Source of the DNA: Candidatus Nitronereus thalassa
Lineage (GTDB): Bacteria; Nitrospirota; Nitrospiria; Nitrospirales; UBA8639
DNA: 32,000 nucleotides
Direction of reading: 5' to 3'
Assembly: GCF_032191465.1 (NCBI RefSeq)
Contig: NZ_JAQOUE010000002.1
Location: 546,409 to 578,408, forward strand
Position numbers and translations under genes: made by a program. Shown piece by piece: positions 7,914 to 17,592 of this stretch. Every line of letters begins with the position of its first letter. Position 1 is the stretch's first letter. The notes beneath the pieces were generated by a model. It searched no databases. It was not told the origin of the DNA and saw only the letters and a program-made list of their open reading frames with translations.

Positions 7914-9187
7914 TGAAGATTGTCTACCGACTTGGGATGAACATTCTGGCGATTCGTTTCCTTTCTCGCATCACCATCAGTGGAGGAAAGTAGTGTGGCT
8001 GGTTGAATAGCTTGGTCCCCGAATCGTGACCGAATGCTATCCAGGGCTTTTGAAATCGGAACGGCAGCTTCGTGAGCTGAAGAAAAAAGGTTTAATTGCG
8101 AAGAGTCCTCTGGTTTACCCAAATGAGAACCAGCAATGCCCAATAGTCTGACGGATTCCTGAGCGCAAGGCAGACGATCCAGCAAGGAAAGGGCTATCCG
8201 ATAAATAGTGGCATCCTGATCGGTGGACCTCGAAAGGGTAGAGGATCGTGTGAACGTGTGAAACTTGGCCGTCCGAAACTTCAAAGTCAATGTCTTGGCA
8301 GAAACACCTTCGGCCCGCAACCGACTCCCAACCCGTTGGGCCAAGTCCAACAGGGTTTGCTGAATCACCGCCAGGTCCGAAGTATCGGACGCAAACGTCA
8401 ACTCCGCGCCAATGGATTTCGCCGTTTCCTCCGGCACCACCTCGCGATCATCAATGCCATTTGCCAGTTCCCAAAAATGCATACCCTGCTTACCTAACCA
8501 GACTGAAAGCTCCGCACAAGAAGCCGAAGCCACTTGGCCAATAGACTCATATCCCCGTCTACGGAGAAGTTTTGCCGTCTTTGGTCCGGCCCCCCACAAC
8601 CGTTCAATGGGCAAATCGTGAAGAAACGCTCGTTCTCTTCCTGCCGGCACCATCACAAATCCTTGTGGCTTTTGAAGGTCCGAAGCTACCTTCGCGACAA
8701 ATTTCGTGGTCGCTACACCCACAGACGCAATCAAATGTTCCTCATTCCAAATATCCCGTTGAATCTGCGCGCCAATGGCTTGCGGAGTTCCAAATAATCG
8801 TAGACTCCCGGTGACATCTAGAAACGCTTCATCAAAACTCAAAGGCTCAACCAAGTCTGTATAGCGATGAAAAATGGAAAAAATATGCGAGGACACTTCT
8901 TGATACCTCGCCATGCGAACAGGCAAGAACACACCGTGAGGACATCGGCGATAGGCTTGACCAATGGGAAGTGCCGAATGAATACCGAACTTCCTGGCTT
9001 CATAAGACGCCGCCGATACCACACCTCGTCCCTTGCCCTCCTTAGGATCAGCCCCAACGATCACTGGCTTCCCACGATACTCCGGATAATCCCGCTGCTC
9101 TACTGACGCATAAAATGCATCCATATCCACATGGATAATCCAACGTGAATGTTGCCTGGGAGGAATGTTGGGTGCCATGAGGCCCAT
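7910..9187 (-). CDS. dinB: DNA polymerase IV (Y family)
   Basis: WIIHVDMDAFYASVEQRDYPEYRGKPVIVG, SYEARKFGIHSALPIGQAYRRCP, SFDEAFLDVT, SVGVATTKFVAKVASDLQKPQG. Confidence 0.96.
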   Translation of the reverse strand: MGLMAPNIPPRQHSRWIIHVDMDAFYASVEQRDYPEYRGKPVIVGADPKEGKGRGVVSAASYEARKFGIHSALPIGQAYRRCPHGVFLPVRMARYQEVSSHIFSIFHRYTDLVEPLSFDEAFLDVTGSLRLFGTPQAIGAQIQRDIWNEEHLIASVGVATTKFVAKVASDLQKPQGFVMVPAGRERAFLHDLPIERLWGAGPKTAKLLRRRGYESIGQVASASCAELSVWLGKQGMHFWELANGIDDREVVPEETAKSIGAELTFASDTSDLAVIQQTLLDLAQRVGSRLRAEGVSAKTLTLKFRTAKFHTFTRSSTLSRSTDQDATIYRIALSLLDRLPCAQESVRLLGIAGSHLGKPEDSSQLNLFSSAHEAAVPISKALDSIRSRFGDQAIQPATLLSSTDGDARKETNRQNVHPKSVDNLH

Positions 9188-9551
9188 TGTAGGCCTTGTA
9201 GAAAAAAACGAAAAGGGAACCCGATGTGGAGAAAACCAAAAGGAGATTTAATTAGAATTAGGAGGTTCGGGAACCGGCCGCCACCTGGCAACCGAACGAC
9301 GAAGAAACTCCTGTCGCTTCAAAAATTTGAGATGATATTGCCACGCGTAAAATTCCTGGTTTTCCTGAAAAGTCTCCAGAAACTTCGATTCATGCTTGAA
9401 ATCGTTTTTGATAACGGCGACGGGAACTTTAGGAGCCATAAATCCTTATATCACAAATATCTAAACGGCATCCATATCATCATGGGCTATTACTGTTTCT
9501 CTATTATTAGAAATTTGTCCCTATCTAACAAAAAAAGTCTCTAGAATTTCC

Positions 9552-10154
9552 TCACTTCACTATCGACGAGGCATTTCCCCATTTGCCAGTGAAAACAAAT
9601 CCCTCCAGTGGCTTTCTTGTGCGTGGCGCTCTTTCCCGTTCAGCTAATTCTTCTGAAAGTAAGTTGGGATCTCCCATATACCCCAAGGCCAACCCCGTCA
9701 CGGGATCGAACCCTTGCGGGACACCATATACTTCTCGAATACGATCTGGAAGAATCCCGGCCATTTGATGCAGGCTGAGGCCCAAGACCGTGGCCTGAAT
9801 CACTAAGTTGCCGACGGCCAACCCGACATCATGCCACGCATGGGGATTCCCCTTGCCATTATGATCAAAGGTGGACTTGGCCACTGTCAGCATTAACACC
9901 GGAGCCAATTTGGCCCATTCTTGATTACCATCAACCAAGCACGACAGCATTCGTTGATACTCCTGGGGAGTGTCTTTGGTAGCCACGATAAAGTACCAGG
10001 GCTGCTCATTAAAGCAGGAAGAGGCCCACCGCGCAGCTTCGAAAAGACGGTATAAATCGTCTTTTTCAACTGGACGATCGATGAAGGAGCGAGGACTCCA
10101 CCGTCGCTGAATGGGATCGTGAAGCGAGTAATTTGTATCAGCGGGTTTTTCCAT
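9552..10154 (-). CDS. Nitroreductase family protein
   Basis: RRWSPRSFIDRPVEKDDLYRLFEAARWASSCFNEQPWYFIVATK...DVGLAVGNLVIQATVLGLSLHQMAG. Confidence 0.92.
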   Translation of the reverse strand: MEKPADTNYSLHDPIQRRWSPRSFIDRPVEKDDLYRLFEAARWASSCFNEQPWYFIVATKDTPQEYQRMLSCLVDGNQEWAKLAPVLMLTVAKSTFDHNGKGNPHAWHDVGLAVGNLVIQATVLGLSLHQMAGILPDRIREVYGVPQGFDPVTGLALGYMGDPNLLSEELAERERAPRTRKPLEGFVFTGKWGNASSIVK

Positions 10155-10284
10155 AAGCTATATTCCTTATTGGATTTTTAGATATTCACAAATTCTAAGC
10201 TGAACACTTCTTCCATCATAATACCTGCCTGCACTTATAACTTCATTCCTGAAAGTTACTTTACCCATGTGCCTGAAGGTTCCT

Positions 10285-10887
10285 CTACCCTCTCGTATCA
10301 GGATATTGGGTGGAACCTGCACGAAAAAACGCTGAAGGCTCGGGAACAATCCAGGCCACCTCATCCACCATTTCCAACAGAGGGACATCATCTTCGATCG
10401 AATCTACTGAAAGATCTTGGGTTTGCACCTCGATGTTCTCTTCACGAAGAACATCGCATTCAATATTTTTCCAATCACCCCGAATGGGCCTCAGTAAAAA
10501 ATCCGTATCCCAAAAATAAATATCCACGATGGCCGTTCCATCCAAGAAACCAATTTGAAATGTACCGATCGGTCGTAAAGCCTGGGGGTCATCTTCCACC
10601 AAATCATTATGGGTTGCGCAAAAATTCCTGAGACATTCGTAGAGTAAAAGCCAATGAATATCCGTCAATTGATACACCGACGCATCACGGATCGCGGCTA
10701 ATAATTGTGCCATAAGACGAACGGCCTTGTAGGGGCCACAGAAGGTGGAAGTTTCAGGATAGAGCCCTTCCCACGAATCAATCGCCGCGTCATCGGCCAC
10801 CATCCTCACTTCGGTCATTTCACTCACCAAGGCTTCTTGCAAGATGGCTTCAAATACGACATCAGGTTTGGTTTGAAAGTAAATCAC
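10285..10887 (-). CDS. Hypothetical protein
   Basis: 200 aa ORF, acidic, coding-like; no family recognised. Confidence 0.65.
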   Translation of the reverse strand: MIYFQTKPDVVFEAILQEALVSEMTEVRMVADDAAIDSWEGLYPETSTFCGPYKAVRLMAQLLAAIRDASVYQLTDIHWLLLYECLRNFCATHNDLVEDDPQALRPIGTFQIGFLDGTAIVDIYFWDTDFLLRPIRGDWKNIECDVLREENIEVQTQDLSVDSIEDDVPLLEMVDEVAWIVPEPSAFFRAGSTQYPDTRG

Positions 10888-11132
10888 GGTGACACGTTAC
10901 ATCCTAGGAACATCCATCATTGAAACCTGCCGATTTCACGCCCACGATATCCTACCGTTCAGACGCACCATGAACAACCCAGGAGATAGGGTACACGAAT
11001 CAGTGATTCCTTTCGAATGCTTTTCGTGTATGGAAATACCCGGAGGGAAGGATGTGTACTCCAACAATTGTGATGAATGAAACCGCAGCTTGTGCGGATC
11101 GCTTGATTAATTGGAAGGGAAAGACAGTGTGT

Positions 11133-12437
11133 TCAGGAGGTGGCGTGTTGCATCTCGGACACAAAACACAAATCGTCCTGCAGGCCCTCTTCAAAAGGAT
11201 TTAGAATTCGCTCGACTCGTACGGGCTTACTGCCGGTTTTATATTCGGATAATTCCACTAGATAAGGTGAGTCTAACTTTTTTCTGCCTTTATTCCAGAC
11301 AAGTTTCACCATAGGCAGCATGTGATCTGCTTGATTCACCGACACCACCCATCCCCGCTCCCCAGTGGTAAGTTCAACCAAGCTTCCCACGGGATAAAGC
11401 CCCAAACTTTGCACAAGGGCTTCCACCCACTCCATGGAAAACTCGCCCTCTAACCCCAGTTGATATAATCGGCGAACCGCCAGCGCGGGGGGAAGCGGTG
11501 GACGATTTCCCCGTTTGCTGACCAAGGCATCATATCGATCCACTAATCCCACCAGCTGAGCAAGCAGGCTAATGGTATTGCCTTGTCGCTTCCAAGGATA
11601 TCCCTTACCATTGACGCGTTCATGATGTTCCAACACGATACGTCGGGAGACTTCCGAAACGTCCTCTGCCTTGGACATGAGCGTCGAGCCAAGCTTCGGG
11701 TGGTTTAAATACAAATTGCGTTCTTCCGAAGTAAAGGTTCCCTTTTTTAAAAGAAGATTTCGAGGAAGTCGGAGTTGGCCCACATCATGGAGCAATGCAC
11801 CGAGCGCCAAGTCGTGCAATTGAAGCGCAGACATCTGGGAACGATAGCCCACAACCAAAGCCAACACGCACACATCCACAGAATGGGAAAATAGCGTGGC
11901 ATCAAATTGTCGCATACGTTGCAGTTGTGCATCAGCCAATAAGGCGCCTTCTCGAACCTTTAAACAATCAAATATAGTTTGAGTGACTTCCCGTAAGGGT
12001 CCAGACTCCAGCACCACACCTGTTTTGATCCCTTCAAAGACCCGCTTGATCGCAGAAATAGCTTCAGTGCGGACTTCCTGAGCCACCCGAAGTTCATCTT
12101 CAAAGGCAGTCAGAGTAAAGGTGTTTCTAGCCGCCCCCAATGAATCCCCACCTGCTTGGCTTTCCTGGGGGAGCTTAAGCGCACCCCCCACTGGCAAATT
12201 TTCCCCTTCCCCGAGAACTTCACCTGTGTTCAGATTGCCATAAGAATTCTCGACATCCGCCCCCTGTTGAATATCAATCGTGACTTCACGAACTCCAGAT
12301 TGGCGGAGTTTCACAATGTCGGCTTGGGATTTGATTTGCCCACGATGGATCCAGAGGGGGGATTGAAGCCAAGACTTATCCAATCCCACCAAATGCATTC
12401 CGGGTTTGAGTTGTTCAATAGAGATGCGACGCTTCAT
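11133..12437 (-). CDS. HD-GYP domain protein with N-terminal DUF3391-like domain (putative c-di-GMP phosphodiesterase)
   Basis: MKRRISIEQLKPGMHLVGLDKSWLQSPL; HSVDVCVLALVVG...HDLALGALLHDVGQLRLP...LNHPKLG...LEHHERVNGKGYPWK...ISLLAQLVGLVDRYDALVSKRGNRPP. Confidence 0.9.
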   Translation of the reverse strand: MKRRISIEQLKPGMHLVGLDKSWLQSPLWIHRGQIKSQADIVKLRQSGVREVTIDIQQGADVENSYGNLNTGEVLGEGENLPVGGALKLPQESQAGGDSLGAARNTFTLTAFEDELRVAQEVRTEAISAIKRVFEGIKTGVVLESGPLREVTQTIFDCLKVREGALLADAQLQRMRQFDATLFSHSVDVCVLALVVGYRSQMSALQLHDLALGALLHDVGQLRLPRNLLLKKGTFTSEERNLYLNHPKLGSTLMSKAEDVSEVSRRIVLEHHERVNGKGYPWKRQGNTISLLAQLVGLVDRYDALVSKRGNRPPLPPALAVRRLYQLGLEGEFSMEWVEALVQSLGLYPVGSLVELTTGERGWVVSVNQADHMLPMVKLVWNKGRKKLDSPYLVELSEYKTGSKPVRVERILNPFEEGLQDDLCFVSEMQHATS

Positions 12438-12835
12438 AAGAAAAAGATGTTATGGAAATGAAAACCAAAATGATCCAAGAATTGTGGGCTGAAAAGAAGG
12501 GATGCCCCACTGATCAATTTTTCGGTTAAACACCCTCGACCTTGAGCTTTGGGATTTGGCCGTTGTTGTTTATTGCTACCCGTTAATGTTGGGTAAAACA
12601 GTTTTCTAAAGGTTTATACTAGCAAATTATACCTACAAAAAATCTAGAATTCCCCTTTCGATTTAAGTATTTGTGTACTTAATTTCAAGCAGGTTTTTTC
12701 TTCACGACCTCATAAAACTTTTTATGGAAATCTTTCTTTTTTTCAGAAAATTGGCATTGCGGCCTAGCTCCTCATCTCGTATTCTGAAAGAATGAAGTCA
12801 TCGCAGCTATCAAACTCTTAGCATCAGGTTTTCTT

Positions 12836-14149
12836 ATGAATCGCCTCCAGCCAATATTCTCCGTCAACATTGGGATAGGTTTTCTTTTGCTTATGGTCTT
12901 TATGCTCGCAGCCATTCCGGTCGGGAGCGCTACTATCGGAACCCCACTTTACCAACCAAAAACACCGGCCGGAGCCATTGACTACCGACAAGGTGTCGCG
13001 GCCCTCGCGAAGGGCGACCTTGATATGGCCAAACAGGCATTTCGTACCACACTTGAAAAAACTCCTTCACACGTGGGAGCCATGATCGGGTTGGCCGAAA
13101 TTGCGTTCAAAGAAGGCACCCCCGATGTCACCGAAAAATATATTCATGATGCCATGAAAGTGGCTCCGAAAAACGCCCTCATTCATCAAATGTTGGGCCG
13201 GCACCTGGCACAACAAGGCCGTCTTGAGGAGGCGGAGAACGCTTATCAACAGGCCATTGAACTCGAACCCAAACTTATGCATCTGCAGCTAGAGGTGGGA
13301 GATTTCTATCTGCAACGTTCGAATCAACCTCAAAAAGCCATCGAAGCCTATGAATCCGCCCTTGAATTAGACGTCTCGCATGCCGGGGCTCATTTTGGCC
13401 TGGGTTCAGCCCTAGCCAATACCGGAAAGATTGAACAGGCCATCCAAAAATTTCAGGAGGCCGGGCAACTTGCTCCAGATAATCCCCTTCCCTTTTTCGC
13501 GTTGGGTCGAATTCACCTAATGCGAAAGCAATTTGAAGACGCCCACACAGCATTCACCCAATCCATTTATGCGCAACCCAAATTCGTACAAGCCTATATT
13601 GCGCGGGGTGATGTCTCGATCATTCAAGAACGGGACACTCACGCCTTGGAAGATTATGAAGCGGCTCGCAACATTTCCCCGAATATCCCAGCCCTTCACG
13701 TTAAACTTGGGCTGCTCCACGAACGCAATAAGCGATTTGATCAAGCCGTCGATTCCTTTCGTACCGCGATTTCCCTCGACCCAAGACAAGCCATTGCCCT
13801 TAATAATTTGGCTTGGATTTCCGTGCAGCATAACACTCGACTCGACGAAGCCGTAGCCTGGGCCAAACAGGCGGTGGCCCTGGCTCCCAAGGTCAGCGCC
13901 TTTCAAGATACATTAGGGTGGGTCCACCGAAAACGGGGAGAACTGGATGAGGCCGCAGATGTTCTGAGTAAAGCGACGACTCTCGAACCAGAGCAGGCAG
14001 ATATCTTCTATCACTTAGGTGTGGTCGAGTCCGAACGTGGGCATACAGAGAAAGCCGTGGCTGCACTCGAAAAGGCCCTGGAGCTCAATGCCAAATTTGC
14101 TGATGCGGAGGATGCTCGACGACGACTCCAAACCCTTCAAAAACCCTAA
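12836..14149 (+). CDS. TPR-repeat protein, exported or membrane anchored
   Basis: N-terminal hydrophobic segment, then repeated TPR units (e.g. AHFGLGSALANTGKIEQAIQKFQEAGQLAPDNP). Confidence 0.88.
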   Translation: MNRLQPIFSVNIGIGFLLLMVFMLAAIPVGSATIGTPLYQPKTPAGAIDYRQGVAALAKGDLDMAKQAFRTTLEKTPSHVGAMIGLAEIAFKEGTPDVTEKYIHDAMKVAPKNALIHQMLGRHLAQQGRLEEAENAYQQAIELEPKLMHLQLEVGDFYLQRSNQPQKAIEAYESALELDVSHAGAHFGLGSALANTGKIEQAIQKFQEAGQLAPDNPLPFFALGRIHLMRKQFEDAHTAFTQSIYAQPKFVQAYIARGDVSIIQERDTHALEDYEAARNISPNIPALHVKLGLLHERNKRFDQAVDSFRTAISLDPRQAIALNNLAWISVQHNTRLDEAVAWAKQAVALAPKVSAFQDTLGWVHRKRGELDEAADVLSKATTLEPEQADIFYHLGVVESERGHTEKAVAALEKALELNAKFADAEDARRRLQTLQKP

Positions 14150-14176
14150 GGGTTTCCTTATCACCCAACCAGCAGT

Positions 14177-14626
14177 TCACCAGATCCAAGGAAGCAATTT
14201 GAAGGTACGGGTTTGATAGTCCTGGAAATCAGGAAATGTTTTTTCCAACAACCGTTCTTCATATTGAAGTTTCAACATCAAATCGATGAACAACACCATC
14301 CAGACTCCGCCCCGGACATAAGAAAACTCCTCCCACACAATAGCCAAGGTAACCATGAGAAGGGCCAAATACATCGGATGCCGAATCCATCGATAGGGTC
14401 CACGGGATTGGAGAGAACTACTGGCTTTGATCTCCGGGAACGCACTGAGATGCCGAAGTTTCATGGTTAGGACTGCCCACAACCCAAGGACGACACCACT
14501 CATTTCCAAAAGCACAAGCCCTGGAATCGATGCCAACCAAGGGCCGGTCACCACCAGCAACCCCAAACAGATAAATTGAACGCCGACAAATATATAGGAC
14601 TGGACCTGATGCTTGGATTGATACAT
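14177..14626 (-). CDS. Isoprenylcysteine carboxylmethyltransferase-like (ICMT/PEMT) membrane protein
   Basis: GPYRWIRHPMYLALLMVTLAIVW...MLKLQYEERLLEKTFPDFQDYQTRTFKLLPW. Confidence 0.87.
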   Translation of the reverse strand: MYQSKHQVQSYIFVGVQFICLGLLVVTGPWLASIPGLVLLEMSGVVLGLWAVLTMKLRHLSAFPEIKASSSLQSRGPYRWIRHPMYLALLMVTLAIVWEEFSYVRGGVWMVLFIDLMLKLQYEERLLEKTFPDFQDYQTRTFKLLPWIW

Positions 14627-14766
14627 CCTGGAATTCTCTCTTGACCCTCATTACATTATTTCAATAACCAGCCTATGGCTCCAACCATGTTCCGTCTCCC
14701 ATTCAAGCCCCCCTTTCTATCCGGCGAAAGAAAACGGTGTGCCAACAGCCAAGAGGAGTATGAAAC

Positions 14767-15909
14767 GTGTCCCTCAATGTACCAGCGTTGAAAACATTTC
14801 GAACCTTTTTGGATAAACCCTACACTCCAATTCTCTCGTTTTGCGCCGGAGTCACGTATGACACGCTCACCCTCACAAGAATTGATCGCCTCTTCGACAA
14901 TCTTATTTTGCTGCTCTATGTCGCACTCTTGGGCACTCTAATCATCCTCACGGGACGCGCCAAATTGGAGGATTGGCCAAGTGCTCCCCTCCACAGGTCC
15001 CCATGGTCTCCACTCTCCTTGCTACACAAAACCAAAACGTATCACATTCCGGCGCTCCATTTTTTATTTGGAAGCCTGTTTAGTGCCTACGCAATCGTAT
15101 ACTCACGAAGCGCATCGTTGAATTCTTCGGCCATCTTTTTAGGCGTTATCGTGATTGTCTTGGTTGCCAATGAATTCTATCATCATCGTTTCTCAACCCT
15201 CACCCTTCAAGTCACCTTATATGCATTAGTCACGTTCAGTTTCTTTACGTTTTTCCTGCCCGTGGTAACAGGATACATGAACACCTTGGTGTTCCTCCTT
15301 GGCGTTGGGCTCAGCATCGCCGTAGTGTTCCGGGTGGTCATGTTGACGTATCGCGGAGTCTCCGTGCCAAATCCATGGAGTCCGGTCTTGACTGGACTTC
15401 CCGCCATAGGCCTCGTCGCCATCTTCACCGGATTTTATTTCTTGAATTGGATTCCACCCGTCCCACTCTCACTAAAATTTGCAGGCATCTATCATCAAGT
15501 GGAAAAGATCGAAGATTCTTACCACCTGACATTCGAGGAGGGGCCCTGGTACAACTTTTGGAAAGATACCGATGATGTCATCCGAGGCGAAGGCCCAGCC
15601 TATTGCTTCATCTCAGTCTTTGCCCCGGTCAGATTAGAAACCACGAATTACCACCATTGGCAGTACCGACCCACGTCAACCATAGAAACCGAAAAGGCAC
15701 GTCCCTTCCACACTACTGATCGTATTCCTATCACCATCTCCGGTGGCCGAGAAGCCGGGTATCGCAGCTATACCGTCAAAAACCATGTAAATCCTGGAGA
15801 CTGGCAAGTCACCATCGAAACCGAAGATGAGCGAATCATCGACCGCATAGAATTTTCGGTCAAGGCGTCGGTGGCCGAAAACCCTGAGTATGAAACCATC
15901 ACCTATTAA
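14767..15909 (+). CDS. DUF2914 domain-containing membrane protein
   Basis: N-terminal multi-TM region and C-terminal CFISVFAPVRLETTNYHHWQY...ITISGGREAGYRSYTVKNHVNPGDWQVTIETEDERIIDRIEFSV. Confidence 0.82.
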   Translation: MSLNVPALKTFRTFLDKPYTPILSFCAGVTYDTLTLTRIDRLFDNLILLLYVALLGTLIILTGRAKLEDWPSAPLHRSPWSPLSLLHKTKTYHIPALHFLFGSLFSAYAIVYSRSASLNSSAIFLGVIVIVLVANEFYHHRFSTLTLQVTLYALVTFSFFTFFLPVVTGYMNTLVFLLGVGLSIAVVFRVVMLTYRGVSVPNPWSPVLTGLPAIGLVAIFTGFYFLNWIPPVPLSLKFAGIYHQVEKIEDSYHLTFEEGPWYNFWKDTDDVIRGEGPAYCFISVFAPVRLETTNYHHWQYRPTSTIETEKARPFHTTDRIPITISGGREAGYRSYTVKNHVNPGDWQVTIETEDERIIDRIEFSVKASVAENPEYETITY

Positions 15910-16131
15910 GTGCCTATACAGATAGTTAAATCTGTGTTTCCGTTTAGATACACGAAGCAATCCCTCTTTTCACCCAACAGCTCGCCCGTTCATAATTCAA
16001 ATCTTAAAAAAACTCATTAAAACTGGCTTCTTTCCCCGGAAAGGAATTCTTCATTTACTTTCCCAAAAATGGCATATAACCTGTTTCCCTCCTCGGAGAG
16101 ATGTTCCATATCATAAGACCGAAAGGAGCAG

Positions 16132-17037
16132 ATGATGGGAAATTTTCAAGCCCTCGATATTGGACTAGGCCTCATGTTTATCTACTTGGTACTGAGTCTC
16201 GTATGCACCGGGCTGAACGAATTTGCTGCAGGCATCTTTCAACGGCGACGCCGGAACCTCCTCAAAGGACTGGAATTCATTCTGACGCATACTCCCAACT
16301 CAAACGCCGTGGAGAATTTTAAAAATCACCCCCTCATCAAAAGTATGTATGGAAACAAGTTTCAGGCATCCTATGTCCCTCCTCATATTTTCTCCACCGT
16401 CTTGTTAGACCTCTTGCCCAAAGCCGATCCTCAGACCCCCACCACCATGCAGGATATTCGCCAGGTTATCACTCCTCCACAAACTCCAGGGCAAGCCTCC
16501 CCGCCGTCCATGCTTTATGAAACCTTACGAGTCCTCGCGAATGAGGCGGACAACAATATGACGCAACTCAAGAAGAATATTGAGGCGTGGTACAACGAAG
16601 CCATGGTCGGCACCTCGGGTCGTTTCCGTGCAAGAACTCAAGCCATTGTCTTTGTCATTGCCATCATCGTGGCCTTTGGTACCAATGCCGATACGTTTGA
16701 GATCACCAAAACCCTTTCGCAAAATTCTTCTCTACGAGCCATGCTCGTGGCCCAGACGGAACAACTCAAAAACGGGGCCTCCGATACCACGATTCCAACA
16801 TTCACTCTCGAGAACCTTAAAAAAACTGGCCTGCAACTTGGATGGGAAACATTTCCGCCTCCAATAGCGGATCTTGGTTTCAAAAAATTCATGGGACTCC
16901 TCATCACTGCCATAGCCATTTCCTTAGGCGCCCCCTTCTGGTTTGACTTGCTGAAAAAAGTCGCCAACGTCCGAGCCGGCAGCCTCTCACCAGACGAAGT
17001 TGAGAAAGAAAAGAAAAAAAGTCGAAGCACCTCATAG
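16132..17037 (+). CDS. Hypothetical membrane protein
   Basis: 301 aa; TM segments at both ends (FIYLVLSLVCTGLNEF; AIVFVIAIIVAFGTNADTFEI; KKFMGLLITAIAISLGAPFWFDLL). Confidence 0.75.
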   Translation: MMGNFQALDIGLGLMFIYLVLSLVCTGLNEFAAGIFQRRRRNLLKGLEFILTHTPNSNAVENFKNHPLIKSMYGNKFQASYVPPHIFSTVLLDLLPKADPQTPTTMQDIRQVITPPQTPGQASPPSMLYETLRVLANEADNNMTQLKKNIEAWYNEAMVGTSGRFRARTQAIVFVIAIIVAFGTNADTFEITKTLSQNSSLRAMLVAQTEQLKNGASDTTIPTFTLENLKKTGLQLGWETFPPPIADLGFKKFMGLLITAIAISLGAPFWFDLLKKVANVRAGSLSPDEVEKEKKKSRSTS

Positions 17038-17087
17038 GCGTTTCTTAAAACCAGGTCCTCAAAAAGTACGAAAGTTTTTGCGGAACC

Positions 17088-17492
17088 CTAATAGCTGTAT
17101 CCGCCACTAAGGTGACGTTCGAAGGTTGAGGAAAGGCCAAGGTGATTGCGATAGATAGTTGATTCCACAATTTCTTTGTTATTCGGGGCGAGTTCTCCGG
17201 CGGCTTGGAAATGTTTCCTCGCTTGATCATGATGACCAAGCTTGTGCTCCGTCAGAGCCAAGTTGAAATGTGCCTCCGGCAATCGTGGATCATCCTGCAC
17301 GGCAGCCAAGAATCGTGCTTCCGCGCCTTTCCATTTTCCATCGTTGTACAGTCTAATCCCTTCAAGATTATGCTGAGCCGCCGTTGGGCTTGAGATGGGT
17401 AGAACCGCGAGCGGACCAGTAGTTGCGGCACATCCCGAAAGCATAGCTAAACTCCCTAAGATCATCAGGCAGTGAGTTATTCTCTGTTGCAT
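17088..17492 (-). CDS. Small TPR-containing lipoprotein
   Basis: Lipobox-like LGSLAMLSGC; TPR unit DPRLPEAHFNLALTEHKLGHHDQARKHFQAAGELAPNN. Confidence 0.78.
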   Translation of the reverse strand: MQQRITHCLMILGSLAMLSGCAATTGPLAVLPISSPTAAQHNLEGIRLYNDGKWKGAEARFLAAVQDDPRLPEAHFNLALTEHKLGHHDQARKHFQAAGELAPNNKEIVESTIYRNHLGLSSTFERHLSGGYSY

Positions 17493-17592
17493 ACTTTTTC
17501 CTCCCTACAAAACCTCTCAGCAAAATGCAGTCTCCTACCTTTCACCATGACCCCATTGTAGACTGTCCAACATTACGATACCATGCCGACCC

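Noticed and set aside
9248-9439. 63 aa ORF downstream of nitroreductase region
   Set aside because: Short, without recognised motif; coding status cannot be supported, although it is not excluded.
12438-12835. Possible sigma-54 promoter (TTGGCATTGCGGCCTAGC) ahead of the TPR gene
   Set aside because: Spacing between GG and GC is 12 rather than the required 10, so it does not meet the -24/-12 consensus.
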